DNA from: Camelus dromedarius
Lineage: Eukaryota
Reading direction: 5' to 3'
NCBI RefSeq assembly: GCF_036321535.1
Contig: NC_087437.1
Coordinates: 76,386,001-76,450,000 of the forward strand
Length of the DNA stretch: 64,000 nt
Shown here in pieces: positions 47,990 through 60,594 of this stretch. Made by a program: the position numbers and the translations under genes. Numbering within the stretch: position 1 is the stretch's first letter; each line of letters begins with the position of its first letter. The notes beneath the pieces are model-generated. The model made no database searches and was not told the origin of the DNA. It worked only from the letters and a program-made list of their open reading frames with translations.

Positions 47990-50900
47990 AAAGAATGGCT
48001 GAAAAACTCACAAGTTTGGTGAAGGAAAATAAATCCACATCTAAGAAGCTCAGCAAATTCTGAACAGGATAAACTTAAAAAAAAACCCTTCCAAACACAT
48101 TGTAATCAAACTTCTGAAAACCAAATATAAAAAAGAAAACTCTTGAAAACAGTTATTGAAAACTGCCAACAGTTCCAATGACTGAAGATTTCTCATCAGA
48201 AACCAGGAGATCAGAAAATAGTGGAACAACATTTTTCAAGTGCTGAAAGAAAAGAACTATCACCCCAAAATTCTATAGCCAGTGAAAATATCCTTCAGGA
48301 ATAAAGGCAAACAAACATTCTCAGGTGAAGGAGAATGAGACGATTTACTGCCTTTAAAATAAATGCTTAGTTTTTTCAGGTATCAGGAAAATAGTAACAG
48401 ATTAAAATCTGGAACTTTACAAGTTAAGGAAGAGCAATTGAAATAATAAATAACCAGGTTTGTTAGTTTCCTAGGACTGCCATAACAAATTACCATAAAC
48501 CTAGTAAACAGCATAAATTTATTCCCTCATAGAAGTCCAATATCAGGGTGATGGAAGGACTGCACACTCTCCAAAGACTCTAGGGGAGAATCCTTCCTTT
48601 CCTCTCACGGCTTCTGGTTGCTGCAGACATTCCTTAGCTTTCTCAGCTGCATCACTTAAGTATTGCCTGTGGTCACATTACCTCCTCCTCTTCATGTTTG
48701 TATTTGCACTTCTGTCTCTTATATATACACTTGTCATTGGATATAGAGCCCACCTGGGTAACCCAGGATGATCTCATTTTGGGATCCTCAAGTTAGTTAT
48801 ATCTACAAATATCCTTTTCCCAAATAAGGTCACATTGACCTTTTATGTGCTTTAAAATATATATGGCTTTTGAAATTAAAAAAATATATAGCATTATGAG
48901 ATAAGATTTTCTATGCACTTCTTCCTGTGCATCAGATGTTTTATATCTGTCTATCTTTGTATCTATGTATCTATCCATCTATATATCAAGTATATATATA
49001 TTACAAGTATATATATATATATATCTCAAAAGTACAATATGAGGGTGGATAAAGGGACACGTGTTTATCGTAAGGTTTCTATATTTCATCTGTAGTGACA
49101 AAATATTAACTTTAAGTTTATATTTTAGGTTAACAAATTGTGAAAAGTTAGGCATGTATATTGTAATCTCTAGAGAAACCACTGAAAAATATATGAGAAG
49201 GGATAGTTTAAAAATCCAATATTTAAAATGGTTTACTAAAAAATACTTAAGTAATCTAAAAGAAGAGAAAAAAGGGGAAACAGGAACAAAAAACAGAAGA
49301 ACTAGTAGAAAACGAATAATAATAATGGTAGACCTAAATCCAACAATATTACGTCAAGTGTAAAAATTTTTTTCAATTAAAAAAAAAACAAACAGATCGT
49401 GTCAGATTGGTTAGAAAAACAATACCCAACTATATGCTGTCTACAGGAAACCCACTTAAACTATAATGCTGTAGATAAGTTAAAAATAAAAGCTATAGAT
49501 AATTTAAAAGAAAAATGATATACCATGCAAACACTAAAGAAAAAAAGAAGCTAGAGTGCCTATATTAATATCAGACAAAATTGACTCAGAACATGGAAAA
49601 TTACCAGGAATAAAGAGGCCCTTTACACAATTATAAAAGGCTTAATTTGCTAATGAGACATTAAAATGTTAAATGTTTATGTGTTAACAGAGCTTCAAAA
49701 ATGCTGTTTAAAATGATGCAAATGCTGACAGAATTAGAAGGAAGCATAGGCAAGTCCATAATTATACTTTAACATTCTCCTCAGTAATTTTTTTAAAAGT
49801 AGATAGAAAATCACCAAGGATTTAGAGGACTTGAACAATGCTATCAACCAATTAACCTGATTGTCATTTATAAAACACTCTATTCAACAACAGAGTACAT
49901 ACTTTTTTTCAAGCGCACATAGAATACTCACCAAAATTTAAGTCCATGTTCTAAGTCACAAAAAACTTATTATATTAAAACAATTGAAATAATACAAATT
50001 ATATTCTCTGACTATAAAGGAGATAAAATAGAAATCAACAAAAGAAAATTACCTTGAAAGTCCCTAAATATTTGTAAATTAATAAACATAATCCTATAGA
50101 AAATACAGGTTAGAGAGGAAGTTTTGTTTAAGAGAAAACCAGAAAACATTTTGAAGAAAAGGAAAATAGAGCATATTAAAATTTGTGGGATGCAGTTAAG
50201 CAGTCTTTAGAGGGAAACTTACAGCACTCAGAGCTGATATTGGAAAACAAAGTAGTCTCAAACCAATAAGGTAAGTTCACATTAATAAATTAGAGGATCA
50301 GTGCAAACTATACCAAAAGGGAGCAGAAAGAACGAAGTAATAAAAATAGGGGGAAAAAAAACCAATGAAATTGAAACCCAAAAAAGAGGAAAACAAATAA
50401 ATGCTAAAAGATATTTCCTTGAAAAGATTAGTAAATTGATATACTTCTAGCAAAAGAAAGAAAGCACAAAATACCAATATTAGAGAAGAGATACCACTGC
50501 AGTCTCACAGATGTTAAAAGGATAATAAGGGATTACTATGAACAACTTTATGCACAGCTTAGATTAAATAGACTGATTTCTTCAAAGACACAGCAAAAAC
50601 AGATAGAGAGCCTAAAGTGTCCCATATCTATTTAAGAAATCAACTTCATTGTTTAAAATAGTCCAAAAAAGAAAACACCTGTCCTGATGATTTCATTAGT
50701 AAATTATACCAAACATTTTTGGAAGAAATATCACCAATTTTGCATAATCTCTTCCACAAAATAGAAGGATCATTTCCCAATTAATTTTATGTAGCCAGCA
50801 TTACCCTGATCTCAAAACCAAAGATAATACAAGAAAAGAAAACTATAGAGCAGTATCTCTCATAAACACAGATGCAAAAATCCTCAACAAAATGTTGCAA

Positions 50901-51745
50901 GTTGAATTCAGCATAAGATAAAAAGAACAATACATCATGATCAAATGGGGTTTATCTTGGGACTGCAAGGCTCGTTCACCATTCAGAAATCAATCAGTGT
51001 AACTCACCATACTAAAAGACTTAAGAAAAACCACGTAGTCATATCAGTTGTTGCAGATAAGTCATTTGATGAAATTCAGTGTCTATTTATGATAAAACCC
51101 TCTCACAAACTAAAAGGAAGGTGGAAATTTTTAAATATGATAATGGGCATTTGCAAAAATGAAAAACAACAACCTATAACTAACATTATATCTAGTGGTA
51201 GTACAAACTGGAACAGCTATTCTGGAAAAGATTAGAACTTAAACATACGCCTGTCATATCTGGTTCTAGGAGCTTACTCTAGAGAAATAAAAATTTATTT
51301 TCACACAAAAGCCTGGATATGAATGCTTATAATAGCATTATTCATAATATCCCCAAAAGAGAAATAAACCAAATGTTCTTTAGTGGGCGAATGGATAAAC
51401 ATACCTTGGAATACTTCTTAGCAATAAAAAGGAATGAATACTGACACACACAATAATGTGGTTGTATTTCTTATGTTTCATGCTAAGCTGAAGAAGTCAG
51501 TCTTTAAAGTTTAAATTTATATAACATTATGAAAAAGGCAAAACTATAGGGAGAGAGGAACAGCTTTTACCAGGCCTAGGTGTGAGGAGAGACTGCTACC
51601 TCTTGGGCAGTAAGAAGGAATTTGGGGGGAGTTTTGGAATTGTTCTATATCCTGTTTGTGTGGAGCTTACAAGAATCTGTGTATGTATTAAAACTCATAC
51701 AACTGTACACAAGAAGTGAAGTTTACTCTATGTAAATTAAAAAAG
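47990..51745 (+). mobile_element. Ancient L1 (ORF1 C-terminus, spacer, ORF2 EN/RT, then a jump to the 3' end)
   Basis: ORF1-like aaagtgctgaaagaaaag and ccagtgaaaatatccttc; ORF2 start MVDLNPT at 49325; RT-like ORF 50945-51235 (GFILGLQG...KSFDEIQ); 3' UTR-like 51195-51745. Confidence 0.85.
48456..48840 (-). mobile_element. MLT1B/C LTR nested in the ancient L1
   Basis: ttagtttcctaggactgccataacaaattacc...ttcccaaataaggtcacatt. Confidence 0.85.
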
Positions 51746-51899
51746 ACTAATATAGAGATTATGTATTTTATTAAGAATATGTGAGAATGAATATACTTAC
51801 ATATATAAAATTTACATATAAAACTTGTATTTATAAAATATATAATATATAAAAAAATCAATATAAAAATTTAATAAGTATTTATTAACTTGTATATAT

Positions 51900-53800
51900 A
51901 TTATGATTTCTCTAGTCAATTTTAACAAAATTTTAACTTTCAGCAAGATTAACCAACTTTTATTTTTTAAACCACAAGAGAAAATTAGAAGAAACCAAGA
52001 TCAGTATAGCTAATTTTTATGAGCATATTTTTTATTTTACTTAAATAAATTTTAAGATAGCAAACTAAATTATTTAATATCATTTAAAGAAATTTTTATA
52101 TCTCCTTAATATGCAGTAATTCTCAGTATAAAAATAAACAATAAGGGAAATTTAAAACTATGTTAAATGAGTAAAGTGTTGTATTTTCTTACCAAGAAAT
52201 TATTCAGAAAGCCAAAGATTATTTAAGAAATAACACAATTTAACATTAGTCTAAAATCTTAGATTGACTATAGGTCCAGAAAGAACAATTTAAATCAGAA
52301 CATCCTATGATTTAGATTAGCATTAGAAAAGTTAACAGGTTAAACTCTTGAAAAAAAAATCTGTCAATCCAATTTCACTTATTAAAAATATTTTTATCTT
52401 TTTCCAATTTTAAACAATTTCTGGAAAAATTATACCTACTAAAACACATGGAACTAATGGAGGAAATTTTAAAAATAGTAATTATTACAAATTAAACCCA
52501 AATCTTGTACTAATCAAAATATTGTGCAAACATTATTTTTCACATGGTGATAAAACCAGGGAGAAGACATGGAGTTGTTTTTTAGCTAAAATTAAATCAT
52601 TTAAATTTGTCCAAAGTTCATCTATTTATCAGGCATGTTTTAAGAATCGAATTAATTTCAAACGCTCTGAGTGTCTAGCTTTTTTTCTTATTTGGAATCA
52701 AGAGTGATTAACCAAATTCACAGTTAAACCTTTTTTCTCAGTTACTGTTTCAGCTGGGAAAACATACAAAAGAAACATACAATTAATATTTTCTTTCTTT
52801 AAAAAAAATTCTTGACTACCTTGAGTAGGTACTTCTAGAGTATGTAAATTAGTAGAAAACATTTTTTTAAATGATTTAATTAATCTCCAGAGTTTCCTAA
52901 GAGTAGGGAAATGGAGAGGGAAAGAAAGGAAAAAGAAAAAAGAAGTAGCTGGCTTTAGAAAAATGTAAAATTATCATTGAAAAAGGCTAATTATCTCCTC
53001 TTTACAATGAGAGAGTAGACTGAGATGTGGAAGGGGTTGGGGAACCCATCTGCACACATAAGCACTCTTGTGTGTGCTTGCACACACGTGCACACACAGA
53101 ATCAGGCCAGGAGAGACAGAGGCAGAGACAGAGGCAGAGACAGACAGACCTACTAAAACCAGTTTAAACTAACTCAAACCCTTGACAGTTTTATCAAATG
53201 TACAATTTAAAATGCCAACACCATTTAATCTCTGAAGCACAAAAACAAAAAGGAGGATTTCTCCTTTATTATCAGAGTGATCTCCCTTCTATATTGACAA
53301 AACAGAATTTTCTGAGGGGTTCTTCCTTTTTCCTTTGAATGTACCTCTCAAATGAATAAACTTATTCTTGTCAAAATTTCCCTAAAGTGGCCACTGAGTA
53401 TTAGTGGTAGAATTATGCCAGGTACAGAAAAATGCACATGAAAGAAAACAGTAATCATGGAGGCATTCAGCCAGGCAGGCAAACAGATGGAGAAGATCCC
53501 ATTAGAATTGCAGTGATTACCAAAAATGATGCTTGTGCAAACCTCCTATCTCAAAACTGACCAAAGATGATTTGTCACCAGCTGAGGTTCAGTGACCCCA
53601 TCATCTCTGGGTAGACAAAACCAAATAAAGCAGTTCTTAGGGAAACAAAGACAACACTGAGGAAGATCCTGATAAGAGAGTGTCCAAGGAATTTGATCTG
53701 GCAAGAACTTCTGGACTTGGCAGTTCTTAGGGCTGGCTTGAGGACACACTTATCAGGTCCATGTCCTCTTCCTTAACTTTCATCTTACAGACTCAAACAG
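51900..53800 (-). mobile_element. Possible decayed non-autonomous ERV1 internal sequence
   Basis: AT-rich, A/C-skewed texture resembling MER4/MER34-group internal regions. No diagnostic motif could be confirmed. Confidence 0.25.
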
Positions 53801-54379
53801 AAAGTGACAGGAGAAGACGGGGAAGCAAACAGAAGCAGGTTCTGCCATGGGTGAGAGATTTCAGTGGGGAAGAGCAAATCACTGATTGTATCTGGAGAAT
53901 TACTCGAACCTTCTGATAAATGATCAAATGGTATCTTTTTATAGAAGGTAGAGTGAATGACAGACTAAAAGTTTCACCTAATCATAGAAATTATGAAATA
54001 CATGGTTCTTAGTTTATCAGGGGCTGAGGTTGCTGAGGATTTTTTACTCATAAAGTCACATGAAGATTATAATTTTTATTTATTTATTTCAGTTTATAAG
54101 CCTACTAAGTAATTTGAGGTTTGAATTCACTAAAAGATTCTGGGGCATAAGAATACCATTTATGAAATACTTTAAAAGTGATGATGAACTTGTGGTGATA
54201 ACAAATATATTAGATCTAGTTCCAGTCTTCCAGGGGCTTTCAGTCTGGGCAAAAAGATAATCATTTGCAATAACAAAAGGGCATCGTTATGTTGTTCCTG
54301 CCTTTAGGAAAATGTGGTTCAGATGTCTAAAATTATGTTTATTACTATCTTATGATAATTTAAAAAGTCACATTATGGA

Positions 54380-55064
54380 GATGCTTTTCAATTCTCATTT
54401 TCTAAGATATTTTTATCAGGGATATGGTTGAATTTTGCCAAGTGTCTTTCCTGCATCTCTTGAGATGATCATGTGATTTTCTGCTTTAATAAATGTCTTA
54501 ATATTGAACTGCTCTTTTATTCTTGATATGACACACTTGCTTTTATACTTCTTTATTACACTTCTGGAATAATTTTATAACACTGTATTTAGGGTTTTGG
54601 CATCTGCATTCATAGACACTCTTTTAAGTTTCATTAGGCTAGCTTAACTAAAGCTATGAATTGGTTTTAATAGCAAATAGAAATTGCTTGTCTCAGAAAT
54701 GTTTGATAGAGCCTATCTCCAAAGTCATCTGGTCCTGTCGCCTTTTTGGGGTGAAAATTTTTTCATTTTTTTCTTACATGTTTGATTTATTCAGTGCTTC
54801 CACAGGTATATACTCAACGTCTCTATCTGGTAACTGTGAGATACTCTGGATAGGGGCATTTACTATGGTGAGCAGGGCAGCCACTACTCCCACCTTCTGC
54901 CTGTGTGGGTGTAAGGATCTATTCAGATTTCCTACCTCCTCTTGAGTCAGTTTGGTAATTTTTGTTTTTCTAGTGTATGACATGTTTAATCTGGATTTCC
55001 AAATTTATTGTTAGAGTTTACAATATGATCTCTTAAAAATTTTTATATCTATATTTCCTCTTGC
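54380..55064 (-). mobile_element. Ancient L1 ORF2 fragment
   Basis: ctgcatctcttgagatgatcatgtg, tttggcatctgcattcat, KLTQEEVGNLNR on the reverse strand. Confidence 0.7.
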
Positions 55065-55068
55065 ATTT

Positions 55069-56826
55069 TTTTAAATTTTATTTTTTGTTGTTGTCTTTTT
55101 TTTAATTGAAGTATAGTCAGTTTACAATGCTGTGTCAATTTCTGGTGTACAGCACAATGCTTCAGTCATATGTGAATATACATATATTTGTTTACATATT
55201 CTTTTACCATAAGCTACTACAAGATACTGAATATAGTTCCTATGCTATGCAGTATAAACTTGTTTATCTATTTTATATATACTATCAGTATCTGCAAATC
55301 TCGAACTCCCAATTTATCCCTTCCCACCCACTTCCCCCCTGGTAACCATAAGTTTGTTTTCTATGTCTGTGAGTCTGTTTCTGTTTTATAAATAAGTTTG
55401 TCTTTTTTTTTTTTTGATTCCACATATGAGTGATATATGCTATTTTTCTTTCTCTTTCTGGCTTACTTCACTTAGAATGACATTCTCCAGGAACATCCAT
55501 GTTGCTGCAAATGGCATTATTTTATTATTTTCTTATGGCTGAATAGTATTCCATTGTATAAATATACTACAATTTCCTTATTCAGTCATCTGTTGATGGA
55601 CATTTAGGTTGTTTCCATGTCTTGGCTGTTGTAAATAGTGCTGCTGTGAACATTGAGGTGCAAGTATCTTTTTGAATTAAGGTTCCCTCTGGATGTATGC
55701 CCAACAGTGGGATGGCTGGATCATATGGTAAGTCTATTTTTAGTCTTTTGAGGAATATCCATACTGTTTTCCACAATGGATGCACCAAACTACATTCCCA
55801 CCAACAGTGTAGGAGGGTTTCCTTTTCTCCACATCCTCTCCAGCATTTATTGTTTGTGGACTTTTGAATGATGGCCATTCTGACTGGTATGAGGTGATAT
55901 CTCATTGTAGTTTTGATTTGCATTTCTCTGATAATTAGCAATATTAAGAATTTTTTCATGTGTCTATTGGCCATTTGTACGTGTTTGTTGGAGAATTGCT
56001 TGTTTAGTTCTTCTGCCAATTTTTGGATTGGGTTGTTTGTTTTTTTCTTATTAAGTTGTATGAGCTGTTTATATATTCTGGAAATTAAGCCCTTGTCAGT
56101 CTCTTGTAAATATTTTCTCCCATTCCGTTAGGTTGTCATTTTGTTTTGTTTATGGTTTCCTTTGCTGTACAAAAGCTTGTAAGCTTAATTAGGTCCCATT
56201 TGTTTATTTTTGCTTTTATTTATATTGCTTGGGTAGACTACCCTAAGAGAACATTGCTGAGATCCAAGTCAGATAATGTTTGCCTATGTTTTCTTCTAGG
56301 AGATTTATTGTGTCTTGTCTTATGTTTAAGTCCTTAAGCCATTTTGAGTTTATTTTTATGTATGGTTTGAGGGAGTATTCTAACTTCATTGATTTACATG
56401 CAGCTGTCCAGTTTTCCCAACACTATTTGCTGAAGAGACTGTCTTTATTCCATTGTATGTTCTTGACTCCTTTGTCAAAGATTAATTGACCAAAAGCTTG
56501 TGGGTTCATTTCTGGGCTCTCTATTCTGTTCCACTGATCCATATGTCTGTTTTTTTTTTTTTTTAAACCAATACCATGTTGTTTTGATTACTGTAGCTCT
56601 GTAGTATTGTCTGAAGTCTGGGAGGGTTATTCTTCCAGCTTCATTCTTTTTCTTCAGTAATGCTTTGACAATTCTGGGTCTTTTTTGATTCCATATAAAT
56701 TTTGGTATGATTTGTCCTAGTTCTATGAAAAGTGTCCTGGGTAATTTGATAGGGATTGCATTAAATCTGTAGATTACTTTGGGTAGTATGGCCATTTTTG
56801 GGTAATATGGCCATTAAAATGGCCAT
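55069..56826 (-). mobile_element. 5'-truncated L1, older relative of the full-length element
   Basis: ORFs 55582-56019 and 56475-56795 are ORF2 C-terminal segments closely similar to 25187-26899. T-rich tail. TSD TCCTCTTGCATTT (55056-55068) / TCCCCTTGTATTT (56826-56838). Confidence 0.95.
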
Positions 56827-57439
56827 CCCCTTGTATTTCTAATAGTATTTTTTTTTCCTTTTTATTTCTTAGTCAGGAGGTGGTGTATAAAACAAGGTCT
56901 AAAAAGGTGCATTTTTATAATAATAATCACTAATGCTTACATAGTACTTCCAATCTGTTTTGTTTTTTGTATATTACTTTATATAATGCTCCCCAAACCC
57001 TATCAAACCTGACAGCTTATGCTCTTTTAAAGACACTATGCCAATTTTCTATATGTGGTATATAGAAATCTTATTTTGTATCTGCCATTATTTCTTTTTC
57101 CTTAGGGAATATTTCTCTTCTTTCTTTTTCTTTTTAATTTTTTTTTAGCTTAAGTATTTCACTGTCTCTGTGAGAAATAAATACTAGAGAGAAGAAATGA
57201 GATCAGGAACACCACCACAAAGGAAAAGATAGATAATTTAAAAAAAACACCTTTTGCCGTCTGTTTTGTTTAGGAGCAAATGTTTACTTGTTAAATGACT
57301 GGAGTGAACATTCTAAAAGCTCTTCAAGACAAAGCCAGGAAAAAGTAAATATACTGAAATTGTAAACATTATAAAATCTGCTTGGGTGGACAGGAACCAG
57401 AAGATACTGTTCTTAAAATTTCTTCTAGAGAAAAGGTCC

Positions 57440-57600
57440 TGGAATTTAATTTGTGTAGGTTCAGAAGGCAGAACTAAACTAAGAAAAATTTACCAGGAAG
57501 CAGATATTGAATAAGCATGAGGAAGAGCTTTCTAGGAACTGTAGCTTCTATCTGTAAATAGGAAGGACTGCCTCATGGTGTAATGAGTTTCCTCTTCAGA
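57440..57600 (+). mobile_element. L3/CR1 LINE 3' fragment
   Basis: gaaggcagaact...ggaagcagat...ggaagagctttcta...ggactgcctcatggtgtaatgagtttcc. Confidence 0.6.
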
Positions 57601-57660
57601 TAGGGTGACCATATAAAATTTTGAGAGCAAAATGGGATGCTGATAATTATAGTTACATAA
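57601..57660 (+). mobile_element. hAT-Blackjack (MER94-like) terminus, possibly extending to ~58385
   Basis: TAGGGTGACCATATA...ttttgagagcaaaatggg. Confidence 0.55.
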
Positions 57661-58629
57661 TTAAAAAATAAAATTCTTAATAAATAAATGAAATAAATCT
57701 ATGTATGTTAAAGCAAAATATAAAAGATGTTTATATGGATTATCTGTATATTAAAATTATTATATAAGCAGAGAATTGTCTCATTTGAATCCTTTATTTT
57801 TTAACTTGTGTTTTGTACTTATTTGAATGCTTAGTCAGTAGTTTACAGGTTAGGACATCTTGTCTTTGTTTCTCCTGCATATTTCACATATATCAGCCCT
57901 ATAATCCCCCAATTTCCTAAAGACAATAGGCAGGCTGACAGCTTCAGGAATCCTGTGGGCTAGGGTGAGGACTATGACAAGAATTACCACCTCAGTCACA
58001 CCCCACTGGCTGGACCACCACTACGCCAGCAGGGCAGCAAGCACCAAGATGGTATCTGTGTGCATTTCCTTTTGTTACTAAGTGACCTGCATGATCTCCT
58101 TGGGAGACTGGTGTTAGTTTGTTCCTAGAAAGATCTGGGTGTCTATTAGATTTAATCCTGCACTCTTGTGGGAACTCCACTCCCTGCACAAAATCTCTAT
58201 TGGTCCTAGCTGAGTAAGAGCTAAATCTGGAAAAGTGAAAGTCCACAGACCCATCTTGACATTTTTAATGAACTGTAACTAATAATACAAGGTTAAAAAT
58301 GAAAAACCCAGGGCAAATGCTAAACTGAACAGGCCAACAGTATGACAGAGTGTAAGAAGATACCATACTTGGCAAACCAGCTGTGAAGATCTCAGACATG
58401 CAGAGTTGTTTTCTCTTTTATTAAGCATGAATTCTATGCATGCAGAAGGAATTCAAAATAAAAATTCATGAAGTATTTTCAGTATGTCTAAAATGTTGTG
58501 CTTCTAGTGCAGTTTGTTTGGTGCATTATTCATTAGAAGTTTCCCTCCAGCCCCATTGGAGGCTGGAGACTTGGAGACCTCCAAGAAGGGAAGAAAGTAG
58601 CTGGCTGCTACTGAGCGATGGGCTGAGTA

Positions 58630-58800
58630 ACCTACACTTGAACCTGGGCTCACTGCCTGCTGGTCTTGAGCACTCAGTGTCTCATTTTCTCCTTTGTAAA
58701 TTGGAGATAACCGTAGTAACTACGTCACAAGGTTGCTACGAAGATTAAATAGGATAACATTTGTCAAATAGCATTTGCTGTGTAATTGTTAAATAAAATA
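58630..58800 (+). mobile_element. MIR SINE fragment
   Basis: ctcattttctcctttgtaaattggagataa...ggttgctacgaagattaaatagg. Confidence 0.6.
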
Positions 58801-60410
58801 AATCGGCTCCAGAGCCACGGGGAAGAGAAGAGGAAATGTGTTCTGTTCTACTGTGTCCTGTTCTTCAGACTGACTGTTGAGAGTTTCTCTTCACTCTCTA
58901 CAAAGAAAGAATTGCTTCTAGGGCTAAAATAAGAATTCTATTTGATACGGTGACAAAGACACAATGGCATGATTGCTGCTACTCTCAAAGGGTCTTTAGT
59001 GCAAGACCATCTTGCTTGTGATTAGAAACTTAATTTAGGGCTTTTAGGTCCCTGCCCTCTGGTTAGAGATATCTTTACCATTCGGAAACCTGGAGCTCCA
59101 GGATACTGCCTGCAAAGAGCATCAGCTGCAGACAGTAAGTAGCAGCTTCAGGGAGGAAAATTAGGATGAGCTGAAAATCTCTTCAGGTTCCCGTCATAGT
59201 TACAAGGGAGAACAAAATGTTAGCACCGTAAACAGGACCATGATTCATCATCATATGGCCTCTGAAATTATCGTCATGAAAACCAAAATGCTGTACATAA
59301 GAAATCACATAGCAGCTTTGATATACTATAAGATTATGTCATTATTCTGGTTTTTAAATGTAACTGCCTGTCATACCATGTTTATGCTAACCCCACACCA
59401 TTGTGGGGCATTCAGTATTTTTTTTTCATTCCAGAATAAAATGTTCTTTAAAAGAAAAACTGTTCAGATGAATCATAGCCTAGGAAGCGCACGTGGGCAG
59501 CTCATAATAAAATAAAAGCATTACCTTTGCGAAAGCATCAGAATAATAATTTTTTTTAGCAGGATGCACTTTGCATTCAGTGGTAATTACTATGTTTTTA
59601 AAAACAGCAGTTGAAAAAAAAGCTTGTACTACTTATTACTGACCTGCTGACTCACCTGAATTTTAGTGCCTCTAGATGATGCCAGATTAACTTTTTTTCA
59701 AAAATGATATCCCAGATTTAACCATGAATTAGGATACTGGTCATGGCATTCACACTTCTCTGACATCACCCCTGTCTGTTATCACCTATTTAGGACAGTC
59801 TCAGTTCCAGTTCCTATTCTTCAGACACTATGATGAAAGAAGTTTGAAATTACTTGTCAATGGGTGGCTCTTTTCTTCCTTGAAATCAAAGGGTCAAGCT
59901 CAAAGCATTTACCCATGGAGTGGACTTGTCTCAATTAAGACTTGCTGAAAAGCTCTCTGCATGGCTATGCTATAAAGGAGTTAGTTGCTAAGGGATAAAG
60001 ACCTGATTAGCCACACTGGAACATAGAAGCACTTCCACACACAGCTCACTTGCATTTCCATTTGTTCAAATTCTCAGACCTTTCAAAACAGAAGCCTGAG
60101 AATAAGAAGAACATGGTCAATGAAACTCTTCCTCTTAAATTTCAGGGCTTCCTAATACACCCCATAACTACAGGTAATAAAGAACAATTTGTTAGACCAG
60201 GAACAAAGTTTTTAGGAGTTGAGGTTTTGTTTATATAAGAAGGCTCTTGAATTTCAAGTATCTGCAGCAAAAGAATTTGAGTCTTTATTAACTTTGTCGG
60301 TAAGAAATCAGATTTTTCGTAGGCACAAATCCTTTATTGTTTCATCAGTGAAGGACCAAGTAATTTATATTTGAAGCTCAGACATATATGTTGTATTGAT
60401 TTGCTTAATG

Positions 60411-60594
60411 CAGAAGGTGGCAAGCTATGGTCTGCAGGTCCAATCTAGCCTTCACCTATTTTTGTAAATATTTGTTGGAACATAGCCACACTCATTCATT
60501 TAGATATTGTTTATAGCTGCTTTCACTCAGACAGTTTGCAGAGTGTAAAATAATTTCTCTTTGCTCTTTTACAGAAAATGTTTGCTGATCTCTG
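60411..60594 (+). mobile_element. MER58A-like hAT-Charlie MITE
   Basis: CAGAAGGTGGCAAGCTATGG...ttggaacatagccacactcattc...acagaaaatgtttgctgatctctg. 8-bp TSD GCTTAATG/GATTAATA. Confidence 0.85.

Noticed and set aside
53108..53150. GAGACAGAGGCA repeats and neighbouring CA-rich tract
   Set aside because: Ordinary low-complexity simple repeat.
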